The position numbers were made by a program, and so were the translations under genes. DNA of 62,903 bases, counting the filler, from Octopus bimaculoides (taxonomy: Eukaryota): the NCBI RefSeq assembly GCF_001194135.2. It is 7 parts of 7 records of this genome, joined end to end, with 100 filler letters (N's around TTAATTAATTAA, not from the genome) between each part and the next. Parts side by side here need not be neighbours in the genome. Positions count along the whole stretch, not along the records: positions 38,726 to 53,465 come from NC_068993.1; positions 53,566 to 61,431 come from NC_069000.1; 5 more parts are not named here. The stretch is one strand, 5' to 3'. Numbering within the stretch: the stretch's first letter is position 1; each line of letters begins with the position of its first letter. Below are positions 40,067 through 53,781 of this stretch, one piece after another. The notes beneath the pieces are model-generated. The model saw only the letters and a list, made by a program, of their open reading frames with translations. It did not search any database and had not been told where the DNA came from.

Positions 40067-41248
40067 AAGTGTGTAAGGTATTTGATGACATACATTTCTT
40101 GGGTCATTGTTGCATTTTTTGTTAACTGTGTATAATCTTTGTTTCAGAAAATAATAATAGCAGACCCTCAGCTTACACAAGAAATGAAGAGGCATGCCGT
40201 TATCGTGGTTATAAAGGATAAGCATAGCGATTTAGAAATATCTTGACTTTTAAAAGTTGCCAGATCTTTCGTCCAGAAAGCTTGCAAGGAGCTAGAGACT
40301 GATGATCGGAACGTATCACCAGTATCAAAGCATACAAAGCATTCTAAGTGCTCTGAAATCATCAGAACACTTGAATTCATCCAGTAAGTTGATCAGACCA
40401 TTCATTACACTCCCGGCAAGTCCATGAGGTCAGTTGCAAAAGACCTCCATGTGTGAGAAGGAACAGTCAGAAATGTCCACGAAGACATCTGTCAGAAAAA
40501 GCATTAGAAAATCACTAAATCAGATCTAAAAGGCTCCTAAACAAACTGAAAAATCCAGAAGAAAATTTGTTTTGGTTTTTCTCAAACGAGAATAACTTCA
40601 AACAAGATCAAAAAGTTAACAGAAGAAATGACAGATGATTATGATTAGACCCTTCTAGAGTTCCAAGTGTTATGCATACAACATTTCCTGCAAACGTCAT
40701 GGTTTTAGGGCTTGTCAGCAATGAAGGACATGTGATGCCTCCTTACGTCTTTCCACAAGGCCTAAGAGTTAACTTTGCCGCCTACATTGAAGTCGTGGAA
40801 ATAATTGTAAGCTCTGGATAGACTGTGTATGCAATGGAAGGCTATCACACACAGTGTTAGTAACACTATTACTAGTAACATAGGAATGGATGGGTGAAAA
40901 TTTTCGTGATCTCATACCCCCTAACATTTTGCTTCCTAATTCCCTAGATCTCAATCTATTGGACTACTACATGTGGACCGTTGTTTCGGGAGAGGTCAAT
41001 GAACACGACCTAAATACTAAAGATACTTTGAAAGTTGCCATAGTCAGAGTAATGTCAAAAATGAACCAGGACCACTCAATTCGTGCATGTTGTTGAAGCT
41101 GAAGGTGGCTTTATTGAATAACATTATGGAAAAGAAAGTTTTGTTTTTATCCTCATAGTATTTTTTGGTAAGTAACTTTATTATCTGTTATTATATATCT
41201 GTCTTTTTTATAAGCATAGATATTTCCTCAAATATCTTACGCTCCCTG
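40065..41248 (+). mobile_element. Decayed IS630-Tc1-mariner element (most like DD37D/maT type); transposase pseudogene ~40184-41121
   Basis: Interrupted translation MKRHAVIV...FWFFSNENNFKQDQKVNRRNDR...VMVLGLVSNEGHVMPP...PNSLDLNLLDYYMW...EAEGGFIE*, with stops, frameshifts and loss of the second catalytic-D region. Degenerate ~30-bp TIRs (CAAAGTGTGTAAGGTATTTGA vs reverse complement CAGGGAGCGTAAGATATTTGA), TA flanks within (TA)n. Confidence 0.85.
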
Positions 41249-41789
41249 TATATATATATATATATATATNNNNNNNNNNNNNNNNNNNNNNNNNNNNNNN
41301 NNNNNNNNNNNNNNNNNNNNNNNNNNNNNNNNNNNNNNNNNNNNNNNNNNNNNNNNNNNNNNNNNNNNNNNNNNNNNNNNNNNNNNNNNNNNNNNNNNNN
41401 NNNNNNNNNNNNNNNNNNNNNNNNNNNNNNNNNNNNNNNNNNNNNNNNNNNNNNNNNNNNNNNNNNNNNNNNNNNNNNNNNNNNNNNNNNNNNNNNNNNN
41501 NNNNNNNNNNNNNNNNNNNNNNNNNNNNNNNNNNNNNNNNNNNNNNNNNNNNNNNNNNNNNNNNNNNNNNNNNNNNNNNNNNNNNNNNNNNNNNNNNNNN
41601 NNNNNNNNNNNNNNNNNNNNNNNNNNNNNNNNNNNNNNNNNNNNNNNNNNNNNNNNNNNNNNNNNNNNNNNNNNNNNNNNNNNNNNNNNNNNNNNNNNNN
41701 NNNNNNNNNNNNNNNNNNNNNNNNNNNNNNNNNNNNNNNNTATATATATAAGCATATATATATGCCAATTTCTCTGTTGCTATGTGTTT

Positions 41790-42900
41790 CTAAATTTGTT
41801 ACTTTAACTCCTCCGAGACAATCATGCACCTGAAATTTGAAAAAAAAAAAAACGATCATTTTTAATCAGTATCGATTTTTCAAAAATCAATACATTTCAA
41901 TGCAAATTCTCATATGAATGTTATTTTATACCATAACTTTTAAAGTTTTCAACCGATTTTCTTGAAATTTTATACACTGATGCAATATACACTAAGGTTA
42001 AGTTGAGATAAATAATCTTTTTACACACCTACACAAAAAGGATGACGACACGAGTTCGCTACTATACTCTAGTCATTTTATCGTGAAATTGTTCCTACCC
42101 ATTAATATAGATTTCAATTTGACAAAGAATGTCGAAATTCGACGAAAAATGTTTCATGGGTATAAAGAGACACCTTATTAACGGTAAAATCATTAGCATT
42201 TGCTAATGCTGCATTTCAATACGAATCGTTTCCATTTGCTAAAACTTTCAATTCGTTAATTTAATTCCTGAACATTTCAGGTTTTAGACAGGTAAGTGCA
42301 CTTTATTTCTCAAGCGTTTTCTATTGAGTATTTCATGCGTAACCATAGATATACTGACAATCAGACTACATTTATACAAAGTACTACTTACATAAGAGGT
42401 TTAACTTATCAGAATAAACCCCTCTTTATTTGCGAATACTTTTGGAGTTCAGATTTGCGTTAAGTTACTACATGAACCTTGACTCTTATAGAATATTCAA
42501 GATCTTATATCAGTCTTTTAAAACAGGGGATATTCTCATGTGGGCTTCAACTTACTTAAGAAAGTCAGGACTTCTTATCCACCAATCTGTGTGTGTGTGG
42601 TGTGTGTGTGTTTGTGAATTTGTTACTTTAACTCCTCCGAGACTATCCAACTGATCTTGATAAAACTTGATACGTGCGTCGGGCTAATCCGCATGCGGTC
42701 GCTTACGCACTTGGAATTTTAAAAAAAAAATAGATAAATTTTAATCAGCATCGATTTTTCAAAAATCAATAGGACATTTCAATGCAAATTCTTATATGAA
42801 TGATATTTTCTGCCATAACATAAGTTTTCAACCGATTTTCTTGTAATTTTATGCATAGATAGAATATCCGCTAAGGTTAGGCTGAGACAAATACATTTTT
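41790..42900 (+). repeat. Direct repeat pair (~41793-42020 and ~42617-42900), Helentron/HINE-like
   Basis: 27-nt identical AATTTGTTACTTTAACTCCTCCGAGAC at 41793 and 42617; shared ATCGATTTTTCAAAAATCAATA and AAGTTTTCAACCGATTTTCTTG blocks. Confidence 0.7.
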
Positions 42901-43503
42901 ACCTATGCCACTCAAGCAAAGCGTAAGATGATTTTTGATTAACTGATTAACGAAATTTGGCCTATATGTTCGTCAATTATTTCAACATTCTCAGGTTACT
43001 GTAGCATATATTCTCTTAACATCTGCACATAAAATTATCAATTCTAATCGTTGCAGCGTTGTGTGCTAAAACATGTAACATGTATTTTCTTAACAACTGC
43101 ACTTAAAATTATCGGTTCTAACCGTTGCAATCGATATTTCATTCTTACGATCAGTGGAACTATACCCATGAAACACTCATCAAATTAAGTGCCTTTTCTC
43201 TAAATAATTTTCTGTTTATTTATCCAACTGTTATATTATTTCCATTGATATCACTCCTTTACAATTCCTTTCTTGATGTTTCCATTCATTATATATTCGC
43301 AGTTTTCCACTTATCTGACCAAACAATTGTCATTATCATATTCCACATGTATTTATTCGTATTATTGTTTCGTGAATGAATTTGCTTACGCCTTCTATTA
43401 TCTGTCCTTTATCTCAATTTCCTTTTACGTCTGAGAGAAATTAGGCATTTCAATGAGTACTGGGAATAACCCCGCTCCCGGGTATTACAGAGTACTTCAG
43501 TTA

Positions 43504-43543
<40 letters not shown>

Positions 43544-44713
43544 TTATTTATGTGTTTCAGCCAAGTGGCTGCGGTCATGCTGGTGCATATATATATATGT
43601 GTGTGTACATATATATATATAATATATATATATATAATATATATATATATAAAACTTACTTGAAAATGGATGCGAAGCGTTCGACCATATAACAATATAA
43701 ATAATATATTTATATATATGCATATATATACACACATGCATGTACATGCCTACATATATATGTATATATAGATGCATATATAGGTACAGGACGTAAAAAA
43801 AACGTGAACAAAATGAGAAACGAGAACATAAAATACAAAAGCATGGAAAACGAACTTTTTTCGAACAACAAAAGAAACAAATAGAGAAACGTGACAGGAA
43901 ACATAAAGAACATTCCTTTCATCACTTTTCCCCTGTTTTATCTACTCCGTATTTTAAAGGTAGGGACAAGACGCCATTTCGTTAAAACAGTCCTTCCCGC
44001 ACAGCAAAGTAAATAAAATTTGGGATTTTTTTGTGGAGGTTTAAAGTGGTAACAAAAACAGGACAGTAAGAATAATGCAATAAAAAAAATCGATGACGGT
44101 TGTTAAGCCATAGCGAAGTGAAGTGGTGAAAGCAGGAAAAACGAGCTTTGAGAAGAGACAGGTAAAAGTACGTTTTGTCTTTAGGAAGGAAGTGGAAGAA
44201 AGGATAGATAACCGTTGGTCACGTGTGAGCAACAAGAGAATCAAAGAGGAAGAGAAAGAGAGAGAACGGTCAAGGGGAGAGAAGAAGAATTAGAAAAAGG
44301 ATGGGAGAGAAAAACAGAAAGGAAGAACAAGAGAGGGAGATAGAAGAGAAGGAGATAGAGTGCGCATCGGAATTATTACCATAAAACTTACTTGGAAATG
44401 ACGTTCGATCATATATATATAGGTGTAAAAAGGTTGAATGTAGATTGGACCTTTAATTTGGATGTTTCCAGAAAGATTTCTAACATTGATTCTTCATATT
44501 TTGCTCGTAGTTTACAGGCTTTAATTTGCGAATATGAAAATATCAATTCTATATATGATGTGTGGTGAATTTAGGGAAAGAAATTCCATAAAGCTCGACA
44601 GTTTAGTTAAAAATGGAAAAGACAAATTTCTAAAATATATAACAGAACTGGTACCATGGTATCGAGTAATACCTCCTCTTAAATTTCAAGCCTCATGATT
44701 ATTGTGAAAAACA

Positions 44714-45125
44714 AAGGCGGTGGGCTGGCAGTGCCATTAACACTTCGGACAAATTGCTTAGCGACATTTCTGTCGAGGTCAACTTTGCCTTTCATCCTTC
44801 ACGGTCAATAAAATGAGTACAAGTTTAGCACTCATACTCCCAGAAAATTGCCGGACATGAAGTAAAACTGGAAACCATTATAACAGTATTAATAGTTTAA
44901 TGCCACAAGTCAGTAGAGTCATTAGCATTTCTAGCAATATGCTTCACGGCATTTGTTCCGTTTTTTTTTACGTTTTCAGCGCAAATCCTTCTGAAGTCGA
45001 CTTTGCCTTTCATCCTTTCAGAGTCGATAAAATAAAATATCAACGAAGTATTTATGTCAAAATAAACAACTATTATCCCTCTCACTAAAATTATAGGCCT
45101 TGTACCAAAATTTGAAATAATTATA
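44714..45125 (+). mobile_element. Two SINE family A copies in tandem
   Basis: Head AAGGCGGTGGGCTGGCAG at 44714; second central domain at ~44995-45030; GGCCTTGTACCAAAATTTGAAA tail. Confidence 0.8.
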
Positions 45126-46476
45126 AATGTCATCTTCCTCACATCGTAGAATAAGTGAGGCACGTTTCATTTTGAACTGCGAAAGCTTTTGTAATTAACA
45201 TTTTTGAAAGAAGGAGGGTCAAATTTTAATTGAATTTTTCTGAAATATTAGTTTGTCTTTTAACGAATGAAAAAAAAAAATTTCTGGAACATTATTCTGT
45301 TTTTCTTGTAATTTACAAAAATATCATTTACAATTACAAACAGCAACACGCTCACAAAAACGAAAATAATTTTCAACTGGTTAATTTCTGTAACAAAAGA
45401 AATCAAGATAGCTGTTCTGTTGTTACAAGGAACAGATAAAAAGATATTGACATAAGAGTTGAAAATCCAACTGTATTGGCAAGACTAAAAGTACAAACAG
45501 CTTAATGCGTGAAAGCAACAACAATTCGTTTTCTGATGTTACGCGTAACTCTCAATATCTAAATATAGGAGAATTACAAAGAGAAAGCTACAGTACATGT
45601 CTTACGTCTCAAAAGACTACTTTCCTCTTTAACTGCCTTATTTAGAAAGGAAAAGAAGACTAAAAGTAAATGTAAAAGCAACACGTAGGCGGTGAGAAAT
45701 GAAGTGCCCCAGGAAAATATGTAGCTATTTGTGTCAAAAAAGGCGGTGCTGTACCTTGTTCCTTATTACTCCCGAATCCCACAAAGTTATCCCAAAACTA
45801 TCAACTAGTGTATGTGCAGGGAAGAGAAGAAACTTATGGGTGATTTAGATTAGAAACACAACTGCTATGTGTATGTTGGTGTAGCATTCATTTGTAGGCT
45901 TCCAGTGAGAGAAGCAGAAGTGGAAAGTAGGTAGTAGGCAACAGAGTCAATATCAGTCAGACTTTCAAATCAAATGGTTTCAAAAGCCAACTGGTATAGA
46001 GATGGCGAAAAACCACAATTAGCAATGCCATCCCATTATCTTGCAAAAACGAGGAAGGTACTAATTTTGGACACGAGTATTAAAATCTAAGGCAGCGAAA
46101 CAAAAAAATCAAAAAAAAAAAAATCAACAATAGAAATGAGCCAATCCCAAATCAAGCAAGACCGCTCAAATAAAGCCCACCCGAAAGGAGGCCTTCATTT
46201 TCGGTGATCAGAAAGAAAAACTTATTGGATTCTGTGAGTTCTATGTTAAAACTATAGAAAACAAACTAGTTGATATAGTGATTGAAAGTGAAAATTACTG
46301 CATAATATAGTTTATATACAATAAGACAAAACAAAAATAATCTCAAGCTTTTATTCATTACTCTCCTTTCTTATTTCTCTTTATATATTCTTAAAACTTG
46401 CAGTACGAATATCCTTCGCGATGAAAGTCAGCTCTAAGTCAATCAACATATCTAACTCATTAATAATCCGTGATTC

Positions 46477-46785
46477 AAGGCGGCAAGCGAGAAGAATCGT
46501 TAGAACATCGCACAAAATGCTTAGCGGCATTTCGTCTGTCTTTATGTTCTGAGATCAAATTCCGCCAATGTCAACTTTGCCTTTCATTAGTTCGAGATCG
46601 ATAAATTAAGTACCAGTTGTGTACTGGGGTCGATCTAATCGACTGGCCCCTCCCCCAAAACGTCGGGCCTTGTGCCTACAGTAGAAAAGGATAAAATATG
46701 TACCAGTTGACGACTAGGGTCGATGTAATTGAAATAGACCTTCCTCAAATCTGCTGGCCTTGTTCCAAAATTTGAAACTAATATT
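46477..46785 (+). mobile_element. SINE family A copy plus a 3' partial copy
   Basis: Head AAGGCGGCAAGC..GAATCGTTAG, central domain, two successive tails. Confidence 0.85.
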
Positions 46786-49092
46786 CTCTGGTTCATATTT
46801 CATACCATTCTTCCACTTACGAAACACGTTTTCAAAGGTGATAAAGAAGAGTATATATGGAGCTACGAATCGTACATTATGGCATTTAGTTTATGAATTT
46901 TCATGCAATTTCCACGAATTCAGCAAGGTATATATCACTAAAATTATTTTAAAAAATAAGAGTTTTAAGACCTTAAAAATATGAAGCCACCAGTTCACTC
47001 TTTGCAGTGAACTTCCACCTATTTTCATTTACTCTCTTCACAGAAGGAAGTCCAATCTAAATTTTGTTGTACAAAGTTAGATCTCGTGAAAATGTTGATG
47101 CCAATTTTAATCAATCAAATTTTAATCAATAAAATTTTCGTTTCAGTCTAATTTGTCAAAGATCTTTAAATTCTCTGGTATAACGTATTCTCTGGGTAAT
47201 GTGGTCCAGATTCAAAACCCTATCCGAAATCAATTTACAACTCTTAAATGTTTAACAGAAATTTTAACGCATTCACCAGCATTTTGCTTTTGAAAACTCA
47301 CATTAAAAAGCTGAAAATCCATTGTGGACAGCGTTTTAAAAGATGCATAGTATTTTTCATCTATTGAGGTTTGTATCAAAATTCTCCTTTCTCCAGAAAT
47401 TTCGAAAGCTCTTTGATTGATATATTTTTTGTGTACGTCATTCACTATTATGTATTTGAATAGTATGAAAATTCGCTCAAAGAATATTTAATGTACGTGG
47501 GGATTTTAGTAACAATAACTTGAGAACATCACGTCTAACTGTATTTGAAATTCTTTTTCTTTGGCTGACCATGATGATGAGTGATGAACAATGCCGCTGA
47601 TAAAGACTAAATCTACGTTGAGAATGAAGTTAATGGTGAAATCAGGCATAACGATGACGTAATCAAGTCCAAAGACAAAATGATCGAGATAAGGAGATTG
47701 AGGCTGACAATGTGAAAATTGAGATTCACAGTGACGAAGCAGGGGTTGATAAGCTTGAATTTGAGCAGGAAAAGCTAAATATATAATATTATTTTTTTAC
47801 AATCATTTATTTGTTTAGTCTTTGGACGCTATCTGAAATTGAGCAAGATTTCAGTCATTATTAGGAATAATATTCTTCAAAAAGGGAGTAGAAAGTATTG
47901 GAATATTTGAGAAGCCTACTTTTACAAACTCATTAGATTTTCGTTACTCACGTTTCTCTTGAATAAGATTTGTATTTCAGATATTTCAAAAGTCTTAATA
48001 GTTTATATCTCAATAGATTCATACGTAAAAGTATACAAACTCAAAAGACATTTGCACTCAAACATTTGAAAATTGAATTGTAATATCTTGTTACACATTT
48101 GTAAATCGAATTGTAATATCATGTTATACATTTTAATCAATACTAGCTGGGCCTGTTAATATTTCACAGAATTAATGGTAAACCTATTGGTTTAGTTCTG
48201 AAAACTTTATCCAAAAACCTGAAAGCGTTGCCTGTGTTGTGTATGTAGGGAAAGATAGTCGTTCGTCTGCTACTCATTGAAAAGAGATAGAAATTGGAAT
48301 ACGATAATTATTTAATACACTTTACATTTTTTTTGCACAATTTTATAGACTTACTACACAGCACTCATAAAATAAATATTCACACTTATTTTTCCATTTA
48401 CNNNNNNNNNNNNNNNNNNNNNNNNNNNNNNNNNNNNNNNNNNNNNNNNNNNNNNNNNNNNNNNNNNNNNNNNNNNNNNNNNNNNNNNNNNNNNNNNNNN
48501 NNNNNNNNNNNNNNNNNNNNNNNNNNNNNNNNNNNNNNNNNNNNNNNNNNNNNNNNNNNNNNNNNNNNNNNNNNNNNNNNNNNNNNNNNNNNNNNNNNNN
48601 NNNNNNNNNNNNNNNNNNNNNNNNNNNNNNNNNNNNNNNNNNNNNNNNNNNNNNNNNNNNNNNNNNNNNNNNNNNNNNNNNNNNNNNNNNNNNNNNNNNN
48701 NNNNNNNNNNNNNNNNNNNNNNNNNNNNNNNNNNNNNNNNNNNNNNNNNNNNNNNNNNNNNNNNNNNNNNNNNNNNNNNNNNNNNNNNNNNNNNNNNNNN
48801 NNNNNNNNNNNNNNNNNNNNNNNNNNNNNNNNNNNNNNNNNNNNNNNNNNNNNNNNNNNNNNNNNNNNNNNNNNNNNNNNNNNNNNNNNNNNNNNNNNNN
48901 NNNNNNNNNNNNNNNNNNNNNNNNNNNNNNNNNNNNNNNNNNNNNNNNNNNNNNNNNNNNNNNNNNNNNNNNNNNNNNNNNNNNNNNNNNNNNNNNNNNN
49001 NNNNNNNNNNNNNNNNNNNNNNNNNNNNNNNNNNNNNNNNNNNNNNNNNNNNNNNNNNNNNNNNNNNNNNNNNNNNNNNNNNNNNNNNNNNN

Positions 49093-49119
<27 letters not shown>

Positions 49120-49129
<10 letters not shown>

Positions 49130-49330
49130 TTGTGTGTCTGTGCTTTGTCCCCAACATCGATTGACAACCGATGCTGGTGCGTTTACGTTCCTATAACATA
49201 GCGGTTCGGCAAAGGAGACCGATAGAATAAGTACTAGGCTGACAAAGAATAAGTCCTGAGGTCGACTTTCTCGACGAAAGTGGTGCTCCAGCATGGCCGC
49301 AGTCAAATGACTAGCACAAGTAAAAAGGGA
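49120..49330 (+). mobile_element. SINE family B 3' part after a gap
   Basis: TTTGTCCCCAACATCG..GACAACCGATGCTGGT...GTGCTCCAGCATGGCCGCAGTCAAATGAC. Confidence 0.85.
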
Positions 49331-52083
49331 AAAAGAATATCCCGTACATATGGTATAACCTTTAGTTAAACTGCTTATATCTGCCACGTAAATGAGCGTG
49401 AACATTTCACGGAATTGCACTTATGCACATGTGTTAAGTGACAGGTGATATAAAATAAATTAGTTCAATTAAAACAATACACCTTTCACTATCCACGCAC
49501 CACCACCACCTCTACCATCACCATTTACTATATAAATGTTCTGTATGTGTTCAAATAAAAATCTCCAATTTTGCTGATCCTTTGTGACTTTGACTGGACT
49601 TGTCCACACGTTTCTTGCGCCACTTTATATGTATCCTGATACTATCCAAAGATTTTCCCCTGGATATTCCATAATATATCTTCAGATTTTTCAAGGACTG
49701 CTTTTGCTTGTTTGTGGATTTTTTCTTATATTTATATTGTAATTGTTTGACTCTTTATAGTTAATTTGTTCAATTTCTTTGAATATTTTGTTCCATTGAT
49801 TGACTTATTTTACTCTTAAATCTACTCATCTACTAAGCTCTTACTTTTTCCTGCCGTATAAGAATTGTCATTTCGTTTGATTAATTGTCATATTCATTTG
49901 TGTATTTTCTATGTGCAGTTGATTTATATTGGATATGTTTTTTGATGCATTCTGGATTTCACGCAGTATTGCTACGTACTTTTTATTTATTTTGTTTGAT
50001 AACCTCTTGAGTTTTCTCTTCTCGATTGCTTTTGGCCTTTGTCGTTTCACTCTTTATTTCGATTTTTCTTTGCAACATGTTGCAAAATTCGATTTCCTTT
50101 GCAACATGTTGCAAAATTCAAATGAATTGTATAATATGTATTTTTAGGTTGCTAGCCCGTATTACTTTAACGTATGGAGCATAATTAGTTGGTTGTAGTA
50201 ATGCATATTTCTAATGATTATATTCATTGTTGATTTTTCAATGTAAATGAATTATATTTCCAATTGTTTCATTTGTTTCATTACTTTTATTATTCATGGC
50301 TTGAGAAATATATATCAAGTGTTTCTTAAAACAAATGCAAATAGATGTTGGTGAATATGTTCAGATTAGATGTATTCGATATTAACAATAATATTTTCGC
50401 TAACAGAAATTATGAACAAATAAGCTCGACGTTATCAAACATGTTTATGACTACGAAAAATATTAAACGTTATAAAAGTCTATGAGCTTACCTAAATAAT
50501 CTTTACCGTTCCTATTATTTCTGTTTTATTTGACGTGTCTATATCTTTCAAGGAGGAATCTTCAGACTGTTGGATAAAATGTTTCTTTGTATTTATTCGG
50601 CAATCGGTGCTCTAAATTCAAATTCACTGAGGTGAAATTTGGTTCCATGATTTCGGAATAGAGACAAACGTACAGGGAATTGGGGAAATTGTCGAAACTT
50701 CGGAGAGAATACCTTGTAGTATTTGTTCCAGTTCTCCGAATCCTGGCTTAATCTTCACACTGGCCTAGTTTGGTAGTAGACTTCCCGGTGTACACCACCA
50801 TGTCGCAATATACACTTGTATATTTCTTTATATATTGTTTATTCGTCAGTAATTGTACTTTTAGTTCATAGGAGGCAGATCTTCAACATTTCTGTTCTTT
50901 AGTTAGAATTCTGTTGAAAGATTGATGTAAATTCTTGGGTATGAATATCATGGTTTTCAATGAATTAGAATTGCATGCAATGGGCTTGTAGATCTGAGGC
51001 ATCGTGTAATTCCTACCGACATCCGGGTTGGTGTTTTGGTTTGGTACTGTAATATGTTATTAATAAAGCATTACAACATGATTAACTGAAGAATGTGTAT
51101 AATTCAAGAAAGTTAGGACTTTGTCTATTCCATGTAAATTCTAATTGACTTTTCCTGTCATGGCTTCCATTATGTTACATGCTATTATGTTTTCACATTA
51201 CGTTGTTCCACATGATTTAATTTTTCTCTTGTTTTATAAATTAAGTCATTTGTTTTAGGAAGTTTTTGTACTTCCCAGGCATTTTTAATGCTTTGGCATT
51301 TAATTCCCTCAGATGCTTTCGTTTATCCGTTCACCAGCTAATATTTATTTTTTTAAATCGCTAATGTTTAGCTTTTACCAGTTTAATTAATATTTCTTTC
51401 ATGATTTTAAGATCATGTTCTTCATAAAATTAATATTTTCTCTGCAACTTCGCTTTTTTGTGGGTTGACAGTTTTGTGCACATCTATTGTGTCTCGCACA
51501 TTCCAACTCTTTAGTTACTCTTGCAATTAATTTCCTGTTGAATTTCAGTTTTCTAAAACGGGATCTGTTTTAGCTGTTATAGCTTTCCTCCATATTTAGA
51601 CTCTTGCTCCTATGGTGTGCTCTCAAACCCATCGCTTATATATTTTTTTTGCTAACAAAGAATTAGCATCCTTGGTTAACCTACTCTTTTTATATTGGTT
51701 TGCTGCTTCGTCTTTTTTGTCTTCAGTTTATACGAATATTATCTCTTTAGTATTTTAATTTCCTCTGTCATATTTTCTAAATCAATGCATTCATTAACTT
51801 GTGTTGGCAATAATCTTTCTAGCATATTTTTATTATTTTGCAGTATTAACTTTAAATATAGTATGTTCATTGAATACTGCTACTATATATATGATGAATG
51901 TTGTGTTGTCTAAATATTGTGGCCCCCGTGGGTTGTATTGAATTATAGTGCCTTAGCCATATATATGTGCGGATGTGTGTGTAAGCATGTATGTATGCGT
52001 GTGTGATTTTGTTTGTCAACATAAGTCACGATATACGCATGCAAAGTAACTGAAAAAAAACTCATAATATTAATTGTATCGGA

Positions 52084-52320
52084 AAGGCAGTGACCTAGCA
52101 GAATCGCTAGCACCCCGGGCAAAGTGCTTATCGGCCCATGGTCTGTCTTTACGTTATGCGTTCAAATTCTGCCGAGGTTTACTTTACCTTTCATCGTTTT
52201 CAAAGTCGAAAAAATAAGTACCAGGTGAGAACTGGCGTCGTCGTGATGGACGTACGTTCTCACCGGACATACGTTCTCACCTTTTGCCAAAGTTGAAACC
52301 GATATTAACTGTGTCGGCCC
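52084..52320 (+). mobile_element. SINE family A copy
   Basis: AAGGCAGTGACCTAGCAGAATCGCTAG head, GTTCAAATTC, central domain, degenerate tail. Confidence 0.8.
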
Positions 52321-53418
52321 TCGCAGAGAGAGGGATAGATGCAACCTAATCAGGTATATTATCAGTTGCTCAGAATTCCACTTTTAAATCAACCCCAACC
52401 CAGTTCTACCTTCTTAGAAATGGGAGGTAATTTACCTCACATAAGGCACACGTGAGGCATACATAGAAGTGCATGTATTCTTATCTGCAGGCATCCGCTT
52501 TGTTCCTCCACGTATGTCAATGCCGTAAATGTACAACATCCACATTGTCTTTCATCGCATCTACATAAACATTCTGATCACAGTGATCAAGCAGTAATCT
52601 AAATCAATCACACACATATACAGGACATATATGTATATAACATCAAATGTTGAACACACATTCTGCTCATACAAACCTCGAACACAGCGCAGCAACTGCT
52701 ACAACAGAATAAAAGACATACTTTTAAACAGCAACAGTGGAATATAGCCGGAATCACAGCATTGAAATACGCCTGCATACCATATATTCATCTTGAAAGT
52801 CTAATAGCTTTTTAAACAATCTGTGTACTTTCGGTACACAGTTAATCCCCAAACACAAATATAAACACAAGCATGCCCACACGCACGTGTGCTCATACAT
52901 ACATCTACCCATACACACGTCTGCTCGCACATATGCGCACACATTTTGCTAAACATATTACTAGATCATCAGTACACTACCTTCGCAATGCATTTCCGAG
53001 AGCACGCACACTCATCACTATGCGTATTCACGAACAATACGTCGATAACTATCACTAAAATAACTCATGTATACACAAACATGACTATACACTTATGCAC
53101 ACGGGAACGTACGAAATTTACATTTTGCTATCTTTCTCCGGCATTCACTTTTATATCTATTCGTCCTCTCCTTATTTCCTTTATGTAGCTATCCAACTTT
53201 CGTAAGTAGGACTTATCGAAACGTTAAATCTTCTAATCTTTGCAGTCTTTTAATTTCTAGAGAGAGGCTGGTCTAATAACGACACTTTCTCTTCACATTT
53301 CTGTTTCGCCTTTGATGTTGATATCAACAACCCACATGTTTTACATCGTATGTTCTTGCCGCCAATTTCATACCTGTATGTACGCACCCACACGCGCAAA
53401 TATACACTCAAATAATTT

Positions 53419-53465
<47 letters not shown>

Positions 53466-53565
53466 NNNNNNNNNNNNNNNNNNNNNNNNNNNNNNNNNNN
53501 NNNNNNNNNTTAATTAATTAANNNNNNNNNNNNNNNNNNNNNNNNNNNNNNNNNNNNNNNNNNNN
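53466..53565. other. Assembly linker (artefact)
   Basis: Same block. Confidence 0.95.
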
Positions 53566-53650
53566 AGAAGAAGAAGAAGAAGAAGAAGAAGAAGAAGAAG
53601 AAGAAGAAGAAGAAGAAGAAGAAGAAGAAGAAGAAGAAGAAGAAGAAGAA
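53566..53650. repeat. (GAA)n microsatellite next to an assembly linker
   Basis: Direct inspection. Confidence 0.95.
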
Positions 53651-53781
53651 AAGAGAGAGAGAGGGAGAGAGAGAGATAGAGAGAGAGAAAAGAGAGGAGA
53701 TAAAGTAGATAGAGTAAACGCTGTGAAGGCAATGGTTTCTCATGTGAAGTAAAGCTCACTGGTTGTTGTCAGACGACAGTC

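Noticed and set aside
43780-44260. Purine-rich repeat with a minus-strand GTGATGAAAGG resembling a hammerhead core
   Set aside because: C3 missing and no GAAA after the putative stem; probably an interspersed repeat I cannot classify.
47560-47780. Asp/Glu-rich broken frames, like a piggyBac N-terminus
   Set aside because: No catalytic motifs, TIRs or TTAA TSD identified.
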